A stretch of 64,000 bases of DNA from the NCBI GenBank assembly GCA_035193785.1, contig CP136572.1, positions 1,536,001 to 1,600,000 on the forward strand, given 5' to 3'. Below the pieces are notes generated by a model. The model had not been told where the DNA came from. It saw only the letters and a program-made list of their open reading frames with translations, and did not search any database. The stretch is from Planktothrix sp. GU0601_MAG3. GTDB lineage: Bacteria; Cyanobacteriota; Cyanobacteriia; Cyanobacteriales; Microcoleaceae. The stretch's first letter is position 1, and every line of letters begins with the position of its first letter. The position numbers were made by a program, and so were the translations under genes. Below, one piece after another: positions 57,875 to 64,000 of this stretch.

Positions 57875-60067
57875 CTAATTTTCCGTTTCAGGAGTAGAAC
57901 CAAAATAGGGGTCTGGAGTTCCGATCCAGTTAAAATCACTAATTCTGAGATTAATACTCCCAATCCGACGCACCGGATTAATCCTCAGAATCAACCCATA
58001 ACTACGGCGACTATATTCTAAGGTGAATTCATTATTTAATGATAAACCATTATCCAAATTAACCGCCGATTCAACCCCAGCCCTTAACCCCCCATAAAGT
58101 TGTTGCACTAATCCCATACTTAATACCCGTTGATCGACTAAACGATCGAACAAAAAAGGCGATTGTCCATCCAATATTACTTGAGTATAAAATAGGCTAA
58201 ACCCCGTATAGTCTAAAAAGTCTTTAGAAAAATGACCTAATTGTCCTTGCACTCCTACCGAGGTACTCAGATAGGATTGGGAATAATCTTGACTATATTG
58301 GGTGGTGACTCCTCTGGTAATTAATGCTAATTGTACGAAGGGAATCACGGGTCGAGGGGTATACCGCAAACCTTCCGTGGCCGTTGCTGGTAAGCCTTCT
58401 CCCCGCCATAATAAAACTGGGTAAATTAACGTTCCTAACGCCTCATAACGATCTAAATTGACTCGATTATTCAGACGATCGGGTTTTAATAATTCCGGGC
58501 GATCGCTATCAGCAGTTACCGATTGATAGGAGGTTTGAAAGCTAAAGGTAGCCCCCTGTTCATTTAACCGAATCTTAGGAGAAGTCAGCACCGTCCCTAA
58601 ACTACTCCAAATGGTACGATATCCTAAAGTGCCATTAAATAAACGGTTGCGATAACTATATTCTCCGTTGAGAGCAAACCCAGCCCCCAATTGTTGGCGG
58701 ACTCGGATACTGCTGCGAAGGGCTTTTTCATTCAGATCGGGGAAATTTTCCAGGGTATTTATGGATAAAAACCCACTTAATTGAGTTGTGGGGGTAATTG
58801 ATCCCGAAATCTTGGCTTCCAACCCCAAGGTTTGAGGATCGAAGGGGATGACACTCTCTTGAAAAGCCCGTTGGAGTAACAATCGAGGCGCCACTTGTAG
58901 GGTCAAGGGGCCCAGGGGAACAGAGGGCAGATTGCCTTGAATATAATATCCCCCAAAATCCTTGAGATCATAACCAAAGGAAAAGGGGAGGGGTTCTTTT
59001 TGGGTTCGATCAATGACGGTATACGTTCTCGAAATAGGGGGACGTTAACGGATTGATCCAGCACCAGCCGGGATTTGGTGGTGATCAGTTCATCCCGCAG
59101 GGGTGAAACCCTTGTAAATCGGGCGGTATCGGCTCTTAATTCCAGTTCTGGGGGGGAAAAGGGATCGTTGGTCAGTCGCACCTGTTGGGCTTCCCATCCC
59201 CCATCCCCAAACAGATCAATTCGTTCGGCGGCGAATCGGAGCCGATTTACACTGCCTTGCACCCCGAAGGAATCGCCCCCTCCGGCGGAGATGGAGGCAT
59301 TTAATCCCCCATCGGCTTTGACTTTTTCTAGGGGTTGGGCGGCGGTAATTCGGTCGCTAATCGGGGCATTTAGTGGGGAGGTGACACCTGTGGTGAGGGG
59401 GTCAACCACGGTTAAATCGGTGGTGGCGGAGGGGGTATAAACAACGCCGTTGGCTTGGTACACCGACCCGGTGGCGGCAACGAAGTTATAGTCCATGCGA
59501 TCGCCCCTAATTACCTGCTCTCCCCGGGTAAGGGCTACATTCCCTTGAGCCGTGACTTGACGGGTATTTAGGTTAACTTGGGCTTGCTCCGCATTGATTA
59601 AGGACTGGCGAAACCGCACCATCACGTTCCCCTGGGCGGTGACGATTTGCCTTTGTTGATCATATTCTTGCCGATCGGCGGTGATTTCGACAATATCGGC
59701 GGGGGTGGGAACTGGAATAACTGTGGATTCTTGGGTTGGGGTTTTAGGGGGAGTGACAACTATTGTGTTACAGGGTGTCTCACAGGAATTATCGCTATTG
59801 GGAAAGGAAAAGGAGGCATCAAACCGATATGGATTCTCGGTTAAGGGTTGGCCGGCTTCTCTGGTAACTGTTGACCCCAGCAGTTCTGCGGATAGGGGGT
59901 CGGTTGCCTGAATTTGATATTCAGGTAAAGGATAGCTGATGGTGCTCTGGGTTTTTACCCGGGAAGATATTTGTGCTTCTAATCCAATTATCCCCGTTTC
60001 AGTGGTCTGTGGTTGGGGAAGATGACGAATAATTGCGGGTGGTTTCAGGTGGTGGCGGGTAAGGCAT
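57875..60067 (-). CDS. LptD/OstA-like DUF3769 outer-membrane protein (apparent frameshifts at 60042-60046 and ~59021)
   Basis: ITADRQEYD, AQGNV.LTRGEQ, RLRF.A, TNDPFSPPELE, YRNRLFNGTLG, LEYSRRSYG, LRISDFNW. Confidence 0.82.
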
Positions 60068-60276
60068 ACTTGCTGTAACGGAATTCCACGAAATAGCCAG
60101 AACTCGACCCCTTTAGGGAACAGGTCAAAACAATGTCATTAGCGATCATCCCTATGGGTTGATTACTAATGACAATTCAAGTTTTTATCATATCAGGGAT
60201 TTTGTTCACAGAGGTTGTCGGCATTCTGTTTTGATTATTATGCCCCAACTTCTGTTGAGACAACTTCCATGTTTCT

Positions 60277-60393
60277 CTACTCTAAGTCTCTGCGTTTGGG
60301 GTTCCGGGCTGGGTCATTGGACAGGAAACCAAACACGAATAAACTAAAGAAGAACAGAACTACGATATTAACTACGATTTTTAGGGTCAGCAT
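60277..60393 (-). CDS. psbI: Photosystem II reaction centre protein I (absent from ORF track)
   Basis: [38 protein letters not shown]. Confidence 0.96.
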   Translation of the reverse strand: MLTLKIVVNIVVLFFFSLFVFGFLSNDPARNPKRRDLE

Positions 60394-60626
60394 TTGTGAA
60401 TTTCTCCGAGGCTGCAAGAGTTTATTTATAGCTGTTATGCCGGAAGCACAACTTTACCATCATATCCCAAAATCTCCTCCGCTTTAAGGATTCTTTTTCT
60501 ACCCCCTTGACATCGGGTGCTTTTGTGTTATTATTACAATGGGGATTCTATACGCGCCTACAAGGTATTTTTTGATTCTAGCACCCGCCCAAAGGATTGG
60601 AACAGTTACGATACAGTCCCATTACC

Positions 60627-60715
60627 GATCACGGATTCAGGCGGATTTCACGGATTTCACGGATTTTAATCTGTGTTAATCTGCGTAATCCTCTTAAATC
60701 CGTGATCCGTGATCC
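60627..60715. repeat. Dispersed imperfect palindrome, copy 2
   Basis: Shares CGGATTTTAATCTGTGTTAATC core and GATCACGGAT/ATCCGTGATC ends with 9949-10031. Confidence 0.8.
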
Positions 60716-60728
60716 CCTCTACAGAATT

Positions 60729-62144
60729 TTACTGGTAATGAGTTAACCAATACCAAGTTTTAGCGATCGCCTCCTCAACTTTCACCATCACCTGATCTAA
60801 CCATCCTAAAATCTTCTCTAGGGGATGTTTAATATATCCGGTTGATGTCACACTGGCTTCTAGCCAGTCGGGGGTGTGGGTCGCCGTTGCGGTTTTTTTG
60901 GATTCTTTAACACATTTTTGCGTTTTTGTCAAGGGGTATTGAGAAGTAGTTGGAATTAAACCGCTATTTTCGGCGGTTGTTGGTGGGGGGACGCGGTTTA
61001 AGGAAGATTGAAGTTTCTGAAAAATCCGATTATTTTCGATAGGGTTATTCTGGGTTTTAGGTTTTTTGAGTTTGGATAAAATATTATTTGTCCGAGTATC
61101 AATACTTGACCAGGGGTCTTCCGGGGAAGCAGAAGATTGGGAAGCGGAAATTACCCCAGAATATGCTTCGGGAATATGGTCAGAATTAATAGTATGCTGA
61201 CGGTCTTGGAAGAAATAATCTATCGCAGCTAGAATTAGGGACTGCACTTTATAAAAATATTGATCAAAACCCGTTTCTAAGGAAGATGAAGATACTGATT
61301 TTACGGATAAATGGGGATATTGCCAAGTTTGAATTACGGTTTTTCCCAGGGTTTGACTTTGTTGGACTAAGCTATGGGTAGCTTGGGAGAGGGGAATAAT
61401 CGAATAATCTTCGACTTGCGCGATCGCCGTATCTAGGGTATGAATAAAGGTAGGAGAGGGCTGGGGGAAAGAAACCGACTTAACAAAATTAGACTCTCCA
61501 AAACAATTAAGTTTTACTGCTATGGGACTGGTTTGTACCCAACATAGGACTTGCCAAAACCCCCGAATCGGAGATACAACATGAATAGGATGGCTAAAAG
61601 GTTTCAACTGTGGCTGAAAGGGTTTGGGAGCTTGTGCTAAATTTCGATAAAAATAGTAATATTCCGCGACTTCTAAACTAATTTGTTGTTGAAGCTGATG
61701 TTGTTGTTCAACGGTGAGACTATCTAAAATTTGATTATCTTTTTGGACTAAGACTAGGGTTTGGGAATCAATTTGACTGGCTATCCCTTGAATTTCTCCT
61801 GCTGCGGGTTGGGAAGTTATCGAATTTTCAAATAGAGACTCGGCTTCGGTGGTAACTGTATTGAGAATATGAATAATCGGAGTATCAACATTAGGAGCTT
61901 GGGACTTGACCCCAGAATTGAGTTGGGGTAAATGCTGTTTAATCGCCGTCCCTAATTTTTGGCTAGTGACTCGAACGCTTTGCAGGATAAAATAAACTGG
62001 ATATAATGCTGTTTGCAGAGCAATATCCGTGGCGAACTTAAAATAACGCCAAGCCCGACTGCCCTCATCGGTAAGTTTCTGTGCGCCACCAGAGATAAAA
62101 TTAAGGAATCGACTTTTGTATGGCCCGGATTCAGCAAAAGACAT
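60729..62144 (-). CDS. Conserved cyanobacterial hypothetical protein
   Basis: 471-aa ORF; GPYKSRFLNF start, WVQTSPIA..LN.FGE, GYIKHPLE.IL.WLD end. Confidence 0.75.
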   Translation of the reverse strand: MSFAESGPYKSRFLNFISGGAQKLTDEGSRAWRYFKFATDIALQTALYPVYFILQSVRVTSQKLGTAIKQHLPQLNSGVKSQAPNVDTPIIHILNTVTTEAESLFENSITSQPAAGEIQGIASQIDSQTLVLVQKDNQILDSLTVEQQHQLQQQISLEVAEYYYFYRNLAQAPKPFQPQLKPFSHPIHVVSPIRGFWQVLCWVQTSPIAVKLNCFGESNFVKSVSFPQPSPTFIHTLDTAIAQVEDYSIIPLSQATHSLVQQSQTLGKTVIQTWQYPHLSVKSVSSSSLETGFDQYFYKVQSLILAAIDYFFQDRQHTINSDHIPEAYSGVISASQSSASPEDPWSSIDTRTNNILSKLKKPKTQNNPIENNRIFQKLQSSLNRVPPPTTAENSGLIPTTSQYPLTKTQKCVKESKKTATATHTPDWLEASVTSTGYIKHPLEKILGWLDQVMVKVEEAIAKTWYWLTHYQ

Positions 62145-62193
62145 GGTTATATCAAGTTTGATCGATATTCTCCCCTATTAACTATAACAGTAA

Positions 62194-64000
62194 ATGTCTT
62201 TTTCTACCCCTACCCTCCAATTACAGATTTCGGAAGTTGCTCAACGGTTACGTCTGTTGACTCAAATTAATCTGCAACCCCATTGGCAAGTTATCAACCC
62301 TGGGGAGTCTGAGTACCCAGTGGAAATCAATGAAAAAGGACATATTCCTTGGGTGGCGGGAAAACAGGTTTTGAAATTAAGACAAAAAATTATAGTTCCC
62401 GGGGAGTTACAGGGTTATCCGTTAACGGGTTTAAATTTAAGATTGGTATTAAGTTGGTGGGCTCAGGATGTACAAATCTATATTAATCATCAATTTGTAC
62501 AAGCTGGAGATCTGTTTGATAGTTATACCCGAATTTTATTAAGTTCGGCGGTACAGCCTGGGGATGAATTTGAAATAGAGTTATTTTTAATTAGTCCGGG
62601 TCACGACCGAGGAGCATTAGTTAATTCCTACTGTTGGTATGAAGTTTCGGACACCGCCAAAATTGATCCGAGTTTCTTAGCGGACGAGTTAGAAATTTTA
62701 GGACTATTTTTAGCATCGGAAAATCACCAACCCGACCTAGAAACCGACTTAACTTCCCTAGGGGCGATTTTAGATATTATTTCTGGCTATATCCTTCCCC
62801 AAAATCTTATTGAATTTGAAAATAGCCTCAGCCAAGTTCGTCAGATCTTAAAATCAGTTATTCCTAAATTAGACTCCTATCAAATTAGCTTACTCGGTCA
62901 CGCCCATTTAGATTTAGCTTGGCTATGGCCGATAACAGAAACCTGGATAGTCGCACAAAAAACCTTTGAGTCCGTTTTGCAATTACAAACCGACTTTCCC
63001 GAATTAATCTTTTGTCATTCCTCCCCTATTCTCTATGAATGGATAGAAAAACATCGCCCCGATTTATTTAGTCAAATTCAAGATAATATTCAAAAAGGAA
63101 TCTGGGAAATCGCCGCCGGACTCTGGGTAGAACCAGAATTGAATATTATTAATGGAGAATCTATCGTCCGTCAGGTATTATACGGACAGCGATATGTTTT
63201 AGAAAAAATGGGTCAACTTTCCGCCGTGGCTTGGCTACCCGATACCTTCGGTTTTTGTTGGCAATTACCCCAAATATTCCAACAGGGCGGTATTGACTAT
63301 TTTATTACCCAAAAACTGCGCTGGAATGATACAACTAAATTTCCCTACGGGTTGTTTGAATGGCAAGGGTTAGATGGCACAAAAATTGTTAGTTTTATGA
63401 CCGCTTTAATTGGAGAACGGGTTGACCCGGTGAAGATGTTCAAATATGCCCGGGAATGGAAAAACCAAACGGGATTAAATCAGAGTTTATGGTTACCCGG
63501 AGTCGGAGATCATGGAGGCGGGCCGACCCGTGATATGTTGGAAGTAACTCGACGCTGGAATCAATCTGCTATTTTTCCAGAGTTTAAGTTTCAAAAGGTC
63601 ACAGACTATTTAACAGAAGTCCTGAATCATGCCCCCGCACCCCTTCCAATTTGGCAGGATGAATTATACTTAGAATTCCATCGCGGTTGCTATACTACCC
63701 ACGCAGATCAAAAACGGTTTAATCGTCGGGGAGAAACCCTATTATATGAAGCAGAACTGTTTGCAACTATAGCCACCCTTTACTCCGGTTCTATTTATCC
63801 CCAAAGGGAAATAGAAACTGCTTGGAAGCAAATTTTGTTAAACCAATTTCACGATATCCTGCCCGGAACTGCCATTAATGCGGTCTACGAACAGGCAAAT
63901 CAAGATTGGGAAACCGCCATCAAAACCGCCGAGGAAATTCTCCACCAGTCCTTAGATGCCCTTGTTGCCTCTATTTCTGTTAACTTCCCCTCCCAACCCG
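62194..64000 (+). CDS. Alpha-mannosidase (GH38), runs off the window end
   Basis: Open frame from ATG 62194; GHAHLDLAWLWP, WLPDTFGF, GVGDHGGGP, ELYLEFHRG, NQFHDILPG. Confidence 0.93.
   Translation, partial: MSFSTPTLQLQISEVAQRLRLLTQINLQPHWQVINPGESEYPVEINEKGHIPWVAGKQVLKLRQKIIVPGELQGYPLTGLNLRLVLSWWAQDVQIYINHQFVQAGDLFDSYTRILLSSAVQPGDEFEIELFLISPGHDRGALVNSYCWYEVSDTAKIDPSFLADELEILGLFLASENHQPDLETDLTSLGAILDIISGYILPQNLIEFENSLSQVRQILKSVIPKLDSYQISLLGHAHLDLAWLWPITETWIVAQKTFESVLQLQTDFPELIFCHSSPILYEWIEKHRPDLFSQIQDNIQKGIWEIAAGLWVEPELNIINGESIVRQVLYGQRYVLEKMGQLSAVAWLPDTFGFCWQLPQIFQQGGIDYFITQKLRWNDTTKFPYGLFEWQGLDGTKIVSFMTALIGERVDPVKMFKYAREWKNQTGLNQSLWLPGVGDHGGGPTRDMLEVTRRWNQSAIFPEFKFQKVTDYLTEVLNHAPAPLPIWQDELYLEFHRGCYTTHADQKRFNRRGETLLYEAELFATIATLYSGSIYPQREIETAWKQILLNQFHDILPGTAINAVYEQANQDWETAIKTAEEILHQSLDALVASISVNFPSQP

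Noticed and set aside
59610..59614. GAAAC in the lptD-like gene as another insertion error
   Set aside because: The reading frame is continuous here (AQGNVMVRFRQ), so this GAAAC is genuine
60215..60487. 90-aa + strand ORF
   Set aside because: Antisense to the clearly recognisable psbI

Overview
Chromosomal window from a filamentous cyanobacterium. Evidence: abundant HIP1 GCGATCGC sites, chlI, psbI, a CAAD/CurT protein, cruFG and STRR-type repeats; an Oscillatoriales/Planktothrix-like origin is inferred, not proven. Most genes are housekeeping (gltA, sixA, moaE, cobH, dapB, chlI, ruvC, argD, gltX, murQ, rimM, cruF/cruG, ruvX, mltG, glgC, lptD-like, psbI, tRNA-Tyr/tRNA-Thr). Accessory elements are interspersed: an 8x ~191-bp REP-like tandem array, an ABC-ATPase + DUF4276 pair, higBA and hicAB toxin-antitoxin modules, an ISAzo13-family IS, an orphan Dnd-associated gene next to a MazG-like gene, and two GUN4-domain proteins. 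The most striking signal is that 19 of the 20 coding frameshifts I could locate, plus one repeat-unit variant, are the same +1 insertion, GAAC>GAAAC or GTTC>GTTTC. GAAC/GTTC is the classic DNA phosphorothioation motif, so these probable base-calling errors may be a footprint of PT modification. Second, the kinase-GUN4 gene ends in a T/G-rich, C-depleted segment followed by a tail readable as a GUN4-type C-terminus in two frames, suggesting a hypervariable (possibly DGR-like) target.
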